Positions 8,966 to 17,949 of a stretch of DNA of 53,963 nt are shown piece by piece. The stretch covers positions 1 to 53,963 of the forward strand of contig JBAXJQ010000005.1 of assembly GCA_037137775.1 (NCBI GenBank), written 5' to 3'. The notes under the pieces were generated by a model. The model was given only the letters and a program-made list of their open reading frames with translations, had not been told where the DNA came from and made no database searches. The number at the start of each line of letters is the position of its first letter. Position 1 is the first letter of the stretch. Both the position numbers and the translations under genes were made by a program. The DNA comes from Candidatus Falkowbacteria bacterium. Lineage in GTDB: Bacteria; Patescibacteriota; Patescibacteriia; Patescibacteriales; GWE2-39-37.

Positions 8966-9715
8966 ATGCATGTTTATATTTATGAGGATTTTTTAAGTAA
9001 TGGTAAATACGCCTCACTATTAGCCAAAATTGAAACACGGATTACAGACCTTGGCTTAAATGGTAAGATCTGTCGTTTGGCAACAATAAAAAACTATCAC
9101 GACCTTATCAGAGATGAAATTCGTAGAGGTGCAAAAACCATTGTTGCTGTCGGTAACAACGTTACCTTAAATAAGGTCATTAACGCTGCGCAGCAAAGTG
9201 GTGTGCCGGTTGGTTTTATTCCTATTGGCAAACAAAATAACTCCATTGCTGCGGCGATCGGTATCGAGCCAGAGTTAGCTGCCTGTGACATTTTGTCGGC
9301 ACGTCGCATTGAAATCTTAGATCTAGGCGTGGTAAATAATCAGTTTTACTTTTTAACTGAGGCTGAGGTAGACGGCGATGCTACAATTTCTTTAAAAACT
9401 AGTTTTACGATTGAAACTCCTAAGGCGGCTAAATTAAAAATTATAAACCTTGTTTTAGATTCTCAAGCAAGAAATTTAGCCGCTTTTTCTCCTACAGATG
9501 GTCGAATGGAGCTTTGGATTGAAACTCAAGTCAGCGGTGGAATATTTAAAAAATCACATCTCGGCCAAAGTATTTTTGGCTCCAAAGAGTTTTATTTAGA
9601 AAAAGCCACGGCTCAATTAATATTAGATAAAAGCTTGGTTTTAAGTCCTCCTGCTGAAATTCATGTTATACCAAAAACACTCCACCTAATTGTAGGTAAA
9701 AATAGAAATTTTTAG
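8966..9715 (+). CDS. Diacylglycerol kinase-family protein with degenerate ATP motif
   Basis: TIVAVGNNVT in place of GGDGT; GFIPIGKQNNSIA; LDLGVVN. Confidence 0.7.
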   Translation: MHVYIYEDFLSNGKYASLLAKIETRITDLGLNGKICRLATIKNYHDLIRDEIRRGAKTIVAVGNNVTLNKVINAAQQSGVPVGFIPIGKQNNSIAAAIGIEPELAACDILSARRIEILDLGVVNNQFYFLTEAEVDGDATISLKTSFTIETPKAAKLKIINLVLDSQARNLAAFSPTDGRMELWIETQVSGGIFKKSHLGQSIFGSKEFYLEKATAQLILDKSLVLSPPAEIHVIPKTLHLIVGKNRNF

Positions 9716-9734
9716 TCCACAATAATGTAGACAT

Positions 9735-9772
9735 AAATAAAAAAACAATCACGATTGATTGTTTTTTTATTT
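9735..9772. terminator. Bidirectional terminator
   Basis: AAATAAAAAAACAATCA-CGAT-TGATTGTTTTTTTATTT between convergent genes. Confidence 0.75.
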
Positions 9773-9781
9773 TATAAACTT

Positions 9782-10505
9782 TTAGACAGTTACAGCCTGC
9801 TTTTGTTTAAAGACAATATATTGCTGCAAAATGGTTAACAAGGTTAAAACCAGCCAATACAAAGAGAGTCCACTTGGTAAAGTAACACCAATTACTACGG
9901 TCATTACTGGCATCATGTACAACATTTGCTTATTCATAATTGCTGCCATGCTCTCATCCTTTGCGCCAGAATCTTTAATTGGCGGTTTTTGTGTTGACAT
10001 CATTTTTGCTTGCCAAAATTGGGCAGCGCCCGCCAAAACGGCTAAGTAGGGGTTTGGCTTGGATAAATCAAGTAAATTAAAAAAGCCATGAGGGTTAATT
10101 TGAATTGACGTCCCTTTTGACACAAAAAAATAAATGAGACCATTTAAATCTTTGGCGGTTATGTCTCTAAAGACTTGAAAAACAGCGAAAAAAAATGGCA
10201 ACTGAATAAGTAGCGGTAAACATGAAGCGAATGGATTAATTTTGTGCTCTTTATAAAGAGCTATTGTCGCCTTAGCTTGGGCTTCTTTATTATTAGCAAA
10301 TTCCTTTTTTAGAGCTTCGAGCTTGGGCTGTACTTCTTGAAGTGATTTTTGCGCTTTCACTGATTGTTGCGATAATGGCCAAAGAATTGCTTTAATAACT
10401 ATAGTCAGCAGTATTATTGCAAAACCTAAATCTAAAAAAGCAACATGCAAATACAACCAAATTAAAACATTTAAGATTGGCTGGTAAAAAATGACATTAA
10501 ACATA
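9782..10505 (-). CDS. yidC: Membrane protein insertase YidC (short form)
   Basis: AIILLTIVIK, QP-L, LYKEHKINP-ASCLPLLIQLP, LPSGLSLYW; ATG at 10505 preferred. Confidence 0.93.
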
Positions 10506-10520
10506 GTATAAAAATAATTA

Positions 10521-10772
10521 TTATTTAACCGGATCCCATCCACCCTTGTTCCACGGATTGCAACGCACTACTCGCCAAAAAGCTCTAAAACCTCCTTTTA
10601 TTAACCCATGCTTAGTTAATGATTCAATGGCATATTCCGAACAAGTTGGTTTAAAACGACAATATCCGTATGGATAAAGCGCTTTAAGCCAGCCGTGGTC
10701 GAATGAAAGTGTTTTTTGATAAAACCTAATACCTTGAATCGCGATATATCGTGGAAGGTGTGTAAGCCACAT
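10521..10772 (-). CDS. yidD: Membrane protein insertion efficiency factor YidD
   Basis: [21 protein letters not shown]; ATG at 10772 lies just after the rnpA stop. Confidence 0.93.
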   Translation of the reverse strand: MWLTHLPRYIAIQGIRFYQKTLSFDHGWLKALYPYGYCRFKPTCSEYAIESLTKHGLIKGGFRAFWRVVRCNPWNKGGWDPVK

Positions 10773-10776
10773 AAGT

Positions 10777-11118
10777 TTATTTTGACAGAACTTGTAATTT
10801 TCGTAAATGTTGTTGTAACGACAAGCTAAATTCCTGAAAGGTGGCGTTTTTGGCTTTGGGTAAAACAATTACCACTAAATCAAACTTTAAACTACTAGCA
10901 CGAAAAAAACGGTGCAACAGTGCACGCGTTCGTCTCTTTAGTTTATTGCGCTCAACCGCTAATTTACTCACCTTGTTACTTACAATTATACCAAAGCGTG
11001 GGTTATTTTCTGATTTTATCACCCTTACACCCATTAAATCGTCGTAACTTGAATGTTTACTAGCAAATAATGGCTTAAAATCTTTGTCCAGGCGCAAGCG
11101 CTGGCTCTGATTAAACAT
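10777..11118 (-). CDS. rnpA: Ribonuclease P protein component
   Basis: [20 protein letters not shown] (RNR motif); canonical synteny. Confidence 0.95.
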   Translation of the reverse strand: MFNQSQRLRLDKDFKPLFASKHSSYDDLMGVRVIKSENNPRFGIIVSNKVSKLAVERNKLKRRTRALLHRFFRASSLKFDLVVIVLPKAKNATFQEFSLSLQQHLRKLQVLSK

Positions 11119-11256
11119 TTATTTGGTTAAGGTTTTTCTGCCTTTGTCGCGTCGACGTTTAATGACGTTGCGGCCATTTTTAGTCAACATCCGTAACAAA
11201 AAACCATGCTTAGTTTTTGCTCGTTTTTTGTTTGGCTGATATGTTCTTTGCGGCAT
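11119..11256 (-). CDS. rpmH: 50S ribosomal protein L34 (absent from the ORF track)
   Basis: Translated by hand: [45 protein letters not shown]. Confidence 0.97.
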   Translation of the reverse strand: MPQRTYQPNKKRAKTKHGFLLRMLTKNGRNVIKRRRDKGRKTLTK

Positions 11257-11371
11257 ATCTTTCACTACTAATTAGTAATTAATTCTACTTTAATTCGTTT
11301 CAAGACTAACATCTTTATCTTATTTAGTCAATAAGTAGTTAGTCTTGTTAAATTTTTCCTTTTTGGTATGT

Positions 11372-11430
11372 TTATACACAGGTTATCAACAGGCTGTGCT
11401 CTTTCAGCATATGATTAAGCCTGATATACT
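11372..11430 (+). promoter_or_regulatory. dnaA promoter region with tandem DnaA boxes
   Basis: TTATACACA 11372-11380, TTATCAACA 11383-11391, extended -10 TGaTATACT 11422-11430. Confidence 0.7.
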
Positions 11431-11463
11431 ATTCCCAACAATAAATAATAACGGCAATGCACT

Positions 11464-12831
11464 ATGAACAATGAACAGCTGTGGCAAGCGGCTCTAGGTG
11501 AGATTGAACTCACCCTGTCTCGTGCCAATTTTACCACCTGGTTTAAAGACACGTTTATCTCACAATTCGAGAACGATCAAGTTATTATTTGCGTGCCGAA
11601 TGCGTTCACTCGTGCTTGGTTAGAAAAAAAATATCATCAAGAAATCTTATCAGCTTTAAAACGAGTATCTAGTCAAGCAATCGTACAAATCATGTACAAG
11701 GTTGAAGGTAGGCGGAGTGTCACACCACAACAATCAAAACCAACAGAGGCTAAACAGGTGGCAACCCAGTCACGTCCAGCACCACTCGAAACCACACCAA
11801 TTAATCGTTTTGGTTTAAATAATCGCTATACCTTTGATCATTTTGTAGTTGGTAAGGGCAATGAACTAGCACATGCTGCCTGCCAGGCAGTGGCCGCTAA
11901 CCCTGGCTCTGCTTATAATCCTTTGTTTATATATGGAGGGGTTGGTTTAGGTAAAACACACCTTCTACAAGCAATTGGTCACACACTTTCAAAGCGCACA
12001 GACAAAATTTTGTACATCACCTCGGAAAAATTTACCAATGACTATATCCAATCCGTTAAAAGCGGCCAAGCCAGGGAATTCAAAGAACGTTATCGAAACG
12101 TTGACCTGCTTTTAATTGATGATATTCAGTTTATGGCGGGAAAGGATGGCACACAAGAAGAGTTTTTTCACACCTTTAACGAACTTCATCAAAAAAACAA
12201 ACAAATCGTTTTAACCTCGGACCGACCACCAAAATCCATCCCAGCCCTTGAAAAAAGGTTGTTGTCCCGTTTTGAATGGGGCATGATTGCTGATGTTGGC
12301 CAGCTCGACGTTGAAACACGCTTTGCAATTCTAGAAAAAAAATGTAAGGAAAAAAGCTACATTTTATCTCAAGAAATTCTCAACTATATTGCCACAAATG
12401 TACAAAACAACATTCGCGAACTTGAAGGTGCGCTCAATCGTTTAATTGCTTATCATGAATTTAATAATCAACTTCCTAACCTAGAATCAACTAAAGAAGT
12501 ATTAGCAAATATTATTTCCACCTTTCAACAAAAAAGCAGTAGTCCTAAAGCAATTATTGAGGCTGTTTCTAGATTTTATGATGTGGACATTAAAGACATC
12601 CTTGGTCAAAGTCGCAAAAAAGAATTAGTAAACCCAAGACAGATCATTATGTTCCTTATGCGCGAAGAAGCAAATGCCTCCTTTCCCACCATTGGACAAG
12701 AGCTTGGCGGTAGAGACCACACCACCGCAATGCATGCTTATAATAAAATTCAAAAGGAGCACAAAGAAAACGCTAGGGTTAAACAAGAGATTGATTCCAT
12801 TAAACAACTTATTTATAATGAGTGTATATAA
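11464..12831 (+). CDS. dnaA: Chromosomal replication initiator DnaA
   Basis: YNPLFIYGGVGLGKTHL, LLIDDIQF, QEEFFHTFN, SRFEWG, GGRDHTT. Confidence 0.99.
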   Translation: MNNEQLWQAALGEIELTLSRANFTTWFKDTFISQFENDQVIICVPNAFTRAWLEKKYHQEILSALKRVSSQAIVQIMYKVEGRRSVTPQQSKPTEAKQVATQSRPAPLETTPINRFGLNNRYTFDHFVVGKGNELAHAACQAVAANPGSAYNPLFIYGGVGLGKTHLLQAIGHTLSKRTDKILYITSEKFTNDYIQSVKSGQAREFKERYRNVDLLLIDDIQFMAGKDGTQEEFFHTFNELHQKNKQIVLTSDRPPKSIPALEKRLLSRFEWGMIADVGQLDVETRFAILEKKCKEKSYILSQEILNYIATNVQNNIRELEGALNRLIAYHEFNNQLPNLESTKEVLANIISTFQQKSSSPKAIIEAVSRFYDVDIKDILGQSRKKELVNPRQIIMFLMREEANASFPTIGQELGGRDHTTAMHAYNKIQKEHKENARVKQEIDSIKQLIYNECI

Positions 12832-13070
12832 CCTTAGAGAATTTTAATTGTGGATAGCCTCTGTATATCAATAAGACTTATACCCAGAAATACTGTTAAT
12901 TTAGGTTTTGCCAAATTTTCATCCACACCGTCCTTAAAGTCATCCACACAAAAATAATTAATCTTAGTGATTTACATCACTTAGATTAGATAAAAATTAA
13001 CTTTCCCACACTTTTCCGTTGCTTATTACTATTACTGTATTTATATATTACATATATTAATTAATTAACA
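12832..13070. other. Replication origin oriC (DnaA boxes, DnaA-trio-like run, AT-rich DUE)
   Basis: TGTGGATAG 12849, TCATCCACA 12919 and 12940, TTTCCCACA 13002, TAT-TAC-TAT-TAC 13024-13035, AT tract to 13068; + strand looks C-rich to the left and G-rich to the right. Confidence 0.85.
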
Positions 13071-13090
13071 CAGGGAGGATATACAAAGAT

Positions 13091-14227
13091 ATGAAATTTT
13101 CTAGCTTAGAAGAACATTTAAAAAACGGGTTATTCATCGTTGGGCACGGCACAGGAAAAAACCAAAATCTTCCTATTTTAGGCAATGTGCTAATCAGCTG
13201 TCAAAGGGGTGAAATAAAATTATCTGCCACAAATCTTGAAATTGGTATTAGTTGTATAGTTCGGGGTAAAGTTGATGTTGAAGGTAGTTTTACGGTTGAT
13301 GCTAAAATTCTAAACGACTACATAACCTTGTTGCCCAACGAGAAAGTTGATATTGAAGTGTTGAATCAAAATTTGGTTATTAGTTGTGCTAACTATCAAA
13401 CCAAGATTAGGGGGTTGCAGGCAGATGATTTTCCGGTTATTCCTCAACTTGAACGGGTTGATGCAATTAAAATAGACGCTCAGGAATTGCGCAGGAGTTT
13501 AAATCAAGTTGTGTTTGCAGTAGCGGGTAGTGAAACAAGGATGGAGCTGTCTGGTGTTTTATTACGAGTAGTTGATCAAACTTTGGTTTTAGTGGCGACA
13601 GATAGTTATCGTTTAGCAGAAAAGAAAATATTATTAGGTATGGCAGATATTGAAAATAGCGCCCTAGATATAAGCGCCATAGTTCCCGCTAAAACAATTC
13701 AAGAGCTGGTTAGAATTTTGGGTGGTATTAAAGATGAGCTTGATGGTGGTGCCAAACAAGTTGAAATCTATCTCTCAGACAATCAGGTAATGTTTGTATA
13801 TGATAGTGTTGAGTTAGTTTCACGGCTAATTGAGGGGCAATATCCAGACTACCAACAAATAATTCCTCAAAATCCAAAAACCAGAGCAGAGGTAGAGGTT
13901 GAACAATTTAGCCGCGCGGTAAAGGCCGCTGCACTCTTTACGAAGGCGGGTATAAATGATGTTAATCTAGATATACCGCGGAGTAAAAATGAACTTGTTA
14001 TTTCGGCCACTTCCGGTCAAACTGGCGAGAATATAACTAAAATATCGGCTGTTACAGAAGGAGAAGATAATTTTGTAGTAGTGAATTATAGATTTTTACT
14101 AGATGGCATTAATACGATCGCAGTTGATTCTGTGGTTTTAGAGGTGGTGGATGGCAACACGCCTTGCGTTTTAAAACCAAAAAATCAAGAGAACTATTTA
14201 TATGTAATTATGCCAATCAAACAATAA
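13091..14227 (+). CDS. dnaN: DNA polymerase III beta clamp
   Basis: LPILGNVL, ATNLE, LVATDSYRL, SRLIEGQYPDY, YVIMPI; GGGAGG RBS at 13073. Confidence 0.98.
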   Translation: MKFSSLEEHLKNGLFIVGHGTGKNQNLPILGNVLISCQRGEIKLSATNLEIGISCIVRGKVDVEGSFTVDAKILNDYITLLPNEKVDIEVLNQNLVISCANYQTKIRGLQADDFPVIPQLERVDAIKIDAQELRRSLNQVVFAVAGSETRMELSGVLLRVVDQTLVLVATDSYRLAEKKILLGMADIENSALDISAIVPAKTIQELVRILGGIKDELDGGAKQVEIYLSDNQVMFVYDSVELVSRLIEGQYPDYQQIIPQNPKTRAEVEVEQFSRAVKAAALFTKAGINDVNLDIPRSKNELVISATSGQTGENITKISAVTEGEDNFVVVNYRFLLDGINTIAVDSVVLEVVDGNTPCVLKPKNQENYLYVIMPIKQ

Positions 14228-14236
14228 TTAATTATT

Positions 14237-14282
14237 GTAAAACAAAAAACTGCCACAATGTTGTGGCAGTTTTTTGTTTTAC
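14237..14282. terminator. Bidirectional terminator, 22-bp perfect arms
   Basis: GTAAAACAAAAAACTGCCACAA-TG-TTGTGGCAGTTTTTTGTTTTAC. Confidence 0.85.
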
Positions 14283-17107
14283 TTAATTGTTAGGGTTAAG
14301 GGTGGAGCTAAAAATTCTTCTTTACCCCAGGTATATGCCGTTGCATTTAATTGATAAACGCCTTTATTTATTGGCTTTATCCAATTATAGGATGGTGAGG
14401 CACCTGGTAATTGAAGCGTGGTTATATCTGTTGTTTTATTGTTAATTGTATAACTTAGGGTAAGTTTGGTTACCCGCTCTGGTGAGGTGATTGAAAGCTG
14501 AAGGTTGATTGGGGTGGATGAATTAGTTGATGAACTGTTGGACAATGGTAACCAAGTGATGGTAGGGCTTAGGATTGTTGCCGAGTTACTGTTGTTAAAA
14601 TTTATTGTTTGTGTACTGCAATTGTCAACGTCATCACAGGCGGTGACGGATAATTGATGAAAGCCAGAGTCTAGAAATGAAATATCTTTTTCCATTCCAA
14701 AGGGGTACGTCGTCACCTCACCAATAAAGACAGAATCAATGGTAAAAGAAATTCTAGCCACACCTCTAGGGGCGGTAAGAGCACTTAATTTAATTCGTAG
14801 TTGGTTATCCGTTATCGTTTGATTTGCATATGGTTCCTCAATAGTAAAAACGGGACGGTTTTCTACTTTATGTACATTATCTTTTTCTGTGGGCGGGGTT
14901 CCCGTGGCAATAAGTTTGTGTTTTTGTGCCCAGGCTCGTACAGGCGTTTCCCAGAGGTTAAATTGAGGGTCTAGTGCTGGATTAGCAGGATAAGGTCCGC
15001 GTGGGTCAGTTTTATCAATATAGTACAGAATGTTGTGTGGTTGACTGAAGTTTTTTTCAACAATATAGCTTGGTGGTGTGTCTTCTGTGGCGAGTAGACC
15101 GGAGGCTTTGTCAATTTTTATAATACTACTACTAGCAATATTACCATCGAGCACTGGTTTGCCGGTTTTGTTGTTCTCTGGGGCAATAAAGCTTTCTTTT
15201 GGTGTATTCTTTAAGACTTTTTCCATGTAGTCGTGCCAAATTGGTGCAGCCACTACACTACCATCAGCACCGCGCTTCATCGAAGTATTATCGTTATTTC
15301 CCACCCATACTCCGGTGACTATTGAAGGAGTGTAACCAACCGTCCAAGCATCTTTATAATCATTCGTAGTCCCAGTTTTTGCCGCTACTGGGCGATCGCT
15401 TAATATTAAGTTATTGCGCAAACCAAAGATATAGGCCCGTGCATTATTGTCTGATAAAACACTAGTAACCTGACGGGCAATTTGTGGCTCAAAAACTTTG
15501 GTTTTTTGTTCTTGGTATTCTTCTAAAACTTTTCCAGACTGGTCCTCAACGCGCAGTACAGGGGAAATTTGATGAACATAGCCGTCTTGGGCAAAAGCAC
15601 TATAGGCATTAGCGTGCTCTAGTAACTGAATCTCACCTCCACCTAACACCAATGAAAGGCCGTATTGATCAGGGTTTCTTAGGGTGGAATAACCCATGGT
15701 TTGCGCCAGGGTAATAACGTTTTTAATGCCGACTAAATAAATTGTTTTAACGGCGGGAATATTTAATGAACCGGCTAAAGCCTTGCGCATGCTAACTGGA
15801 CCGTGTTCAGTGTTGTCATAATTATGGGGCTCGTATTTAGTGCTCGGGTCGGTGGAGAAATTAGTAACCACGTCGTATAAAATAGTGTTAGGGGTATAGC
15901 CCTTAATAAAGGCGGCAGCATAGACAATTGGTTTAAAAGAAGAGCCTGGTTGTCGGGGACTGGTGGTGATATTTACCTGCCCATCTATCTTATTACTGAA
16001 ATAGTCTTTAGAGCCCACCATGGCCAGAATTTGGCCAGTTTTTGGGTCTATGGAAACAAGAGCCGCGTTAGTTGCGTTGTATTTAGTTTCGTTTTGTGGC
16101 TCTCGGGCGGAAATAACCTCTTCGGCTGCTTTTTGTTTGTCTAAATCAATCGAAGAAATGATTTTTAATCCGCCTTGTTCAATAGTTTTCTCGCCGTATT
16201 TATCAGATAAATATTCTTTTAAGTACATTACAAAGTGAGGTGCGAGAATATTTTCTTTGGGCTTGGAAAAGATCACCTCTGTTTTTTTTGCCTTGTCGGC
16301 CTCATCTTGTGAAATATAGCCTTGCTTTGCCATTTGATCGAGGATGTATTTTTGTCGGCCAAGTAATAATTCTCGGTTTGGTCCGAAAGGAGAATAACGG
16401 CTAGGTGCCTGAGGAATAGCTGCTAAAATAGCAGCCTCGGGCAGAGAAACATCGCGGACACTTTTGCCAAAAAATCGTTGACTGGCTGATTCAACACCAT
16501 AGGCGGTTGAACCATATGGAATTTCATTTAAATAAAGCTGGAGAATTTCATCTTTGGTGAATTTTTTTTCTAACTGATAGGCTAAAATCAATTCCTTTGC
16601 CTTGCGAATGTAAGATTTTTCATTGGTTAAGATCGCATTTTTTACAAATTGTTGAGTAAGGGTTGAACCACCCGCACTTTTTCCTAAAAAAACATTAGTA
16701 ACTATAGTGCGTAAAATAGCCCAAACACTAAATCCGCCGTGATTATAAAATTTTTTATCCTCTATTGCTATGGTGGCGTTGCGAACATTTTTGGGAATAT
16801 CGTTTAAATTAATGAGCGTGCGTTTTTCCTCGCCATAAATTTCATACAAAACCGTTTTACCGGTACGGTCGAAGATGCGCGTACTTTGAGCGACTTGGCG
16901 ATCAATTAGTTTATTGGGATCTGGTAGGCCACGAGAAAGGTAAAAAATACCAATAACAATTAAAATTAAGCTAATGGCACAGATAATAAGGAAATTTTTA
17001 AAACTAAAAATACGTCGCCAGAGTGGTTTTTTTAATTTTTTATTATGACGCGGTTCTTGCCAGTTTTGGCTAGCCTCAGACTTAATTTGTAAAGATGGTA
17101 TGGGCAT
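14279..17107 (-). CDS. Class A penicillin-binding protein (PBP1A family) with C-terminal Ig-like domains
   Basis: EDKKFYNHGG, GGSTLTQQ, RKAKE, YLNEI; transpeptidase SSFK, SLN, KTGT. Confidence 0.95.
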   Translation of the reverse strand: MPIPSLQIKSEASQNWQEPRHNKKLKKPLWRRIFSFKNFLIICAISLILIVIGIFYLSRGLPDPNKLIDRQVAQSTRIFDRTGKTVLYEIYGEEKRTLINLNDIPKNVRNATIAIEDKKFYNHGGFSVWAILRTIVTNVFLGKSAGGSTLTQQFVKNAILTNEKSYIRKAKELILAYQLEKKFTKDEILQLYLNEIPYGSTAYGVESASQRFFGKSVRDVSLPEAAILAAIPQAPSRYSPFGPNRELLLGRQKYILDQMAKQGYISQDEADKAKKTEVIFSKPKENILAPHFVMYLKEYLSDKYGEKTIEQGGLKIISSIDLDKQKAAEEVISAREPQNETKYNATNAALVSIDPKTGQILAMVGSKDYFSNKIDGQVNITTSPRQPGSSFKPIVYAAAFIKGYTPNTILYDVVTNFSTDPSTKYEPHNYDNTEHGPVSMRKALAGSLNIPAVKTIYLVGIKNVITLAQTMGYSTLRNPDQYGLSLVLGGGEIQLLEHANAYSAFAQDGYVHQISPVLRVEDQSGKVLEEYQEQKTKVFEPQIARQVTSVLSDNNARAYIFGLRNNLILSDRPVAAKTGTTNDYKDAWTVGYTPSIVTGVWVGNNDNTSMKRGADGSVVAAPIWHDYMEKVLKNTPKESFIAPENNKTGKPVLDGNIASSSIIKIDKASGLLATEDTPPSYIVEKNFSQPHNILYYIDKTDPRGPYPANPALDPQFNLWETPVRAWAQKHKLIATGTPPTEKDNVHKVENRPVFTIEEPYANQTITDNQLRIKLSALTAPRGVARISFTIDSVFIGEVTTYPFGMEKDISFLDSGFHQLSVTACDDVDNCSTQTINFNNSNSATILSPTITWLPLSNSSSTNSSTPINLQLSITSPERVTKLTLSYTINNKTTDITTLQLPGASPSYNWIKPINKGVYQLNATAYTWGKEEFLAPPLTLTIK

Positions 17108-17111
17108 ATCA

Positions 17112-17205
17112 TGTGGATAAGTTGTTTATATACTAATTATGGTATTTTTATTCAGTTATGTAAAATAGCCGACTATATAGTAGGTAAGTTTAGATAAGTA
17201 GTCAA
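17112..17205 (-). promoter_or_regulatory. PBP promoter with a perfect DnaA box next to the start codon
   Basis: TTGACT(17205)-17-TACTAT(17182); TGTGGATAA at 17112-17120. Confidence 0.6.
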
Positions 17206-17230
17206 GAGTTTATTGGCTGTGTTTAAACAA

Positions 17231-17254
17231 TACTACACCAAAATTGGTGTAGTA
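17231..17254 (-). terminator. Hairpin, probable terminator upstream of the PBP promoter
   Basis: TACTACACCAA-AA-TTGGTGTAGTA, followed by TTGTTT on the minus strand. Confidence 0.55.
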
Positions 17255-17438
17255 GTATGGTTTTAATAGTTTTGGGTATTTACAGATATTTCGCCCAATG
17301 TATCTGTGTATCTGAAGTTTTTGTCCGCTTCCTTATTATATATCAATAAAGAGTAAAGAAGCAAAAATTTGGGTGGAATGAAAAGTAATTCAACAAATAA
17401 TTTCCTTATTATGAGCCATTTTTGATTTTTTAATGCGC

Positions 17439-17507
17439 TTGACAATCATTGTGTATGGTAGTATAAATATAAGTCATTAAGACGTAGTACATTCAACAAT
17501 TCGGAGG
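17439..17507 (+). promoter_or_regulatory. Sigma70 promoter and strong RBS of the small ORF
   Basis: TTGACA(17439)-17-TATAAA(17462); GGAGG at 17503-17507. Confidence 0.7.
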
Positions 17508-17514
17508 TTACCAA

Positions 17515-17709
17515 ATGAAGAAAATTCTCATATTGTTGGCAGTAATAACTTTTACAGCCATCGTGGGTGGCATACTGGACATCTGTATAATTGGCGACGC
17601 ACTTTCCTCGCTACCCCAGTGGAAAAGAGTTGCCAATATTTTAGTACATGACTGCTTAGGTTTCATTGTCGGAGGAACGATGATGGTTCTCTACAAACCT
17701 TGGACTTGA
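17515..17709 (+). CDS. Small two-TM hypothetical protein (64 aa)
   Basis: Own promoter, RBS and terminator; MKK followed by two hydrophobic helices. Confidence 0.75.
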   Translation: MKKILILLAVITFTAIVGGILDICIIGDALSSLPQWKRVANILVHDCLGFIVGGTMMVLYKPWT

Positions 17710-17743
17710 TAATCACACAACCGTACTATTATGTATAAAACTT

Positions 17744-17773
17744 GCCGGCGTCATTTCGATGACCGGCTTTTTT
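17744..17773 (+). terminator. Intrinsic terminator
   Basis: GCCG(GC)GTCAT-TTCG-ATGACCGGC-TTTTTT. Confidence 0.8.
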
Positions 17774-17949
17774 CTTGCCCAAAAAAATCAAAAACAACAT
17801 TCTGAATTGTAAAGATTATTTGTTGAATTCCTTTTCATGAAACCAGATACACAGTGTTGGACGATGTGCCACCCCCTAATTTCTTTATGGCATTTCGTCC
17901 AACTCGTTATTATACGAAAAATAAATATTTTTCAAAAAATTAATTGCAG

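Larger units (their letters stand above)
17291..17864. mobile_element. Putative non-autonomous insert bounded by segmented inverted repeats, carrying one small gene
   Basis: Four collinear inverted blocks: 17291-17298/17857-17864, 17304-17314/17844-17854, 17378-17401/17815-17838 (23/24), 17419-17431/17782-17794. Confidence 0.45.

Noticed and set aside
17263-17445. 60-aa minus-strand ORF over the left arm
   Set aside because: TTG start inside the -35 box of the opposite promoter, no RBS; better explained as non-coding.
17856-17903. Integron attC site (GTTGGAC...GTCCAAC fit GTTRRRY and RYYYAAC)
   Set aside because: The boxes are in the reverse order to attC, and there is no integrase or cassette array.
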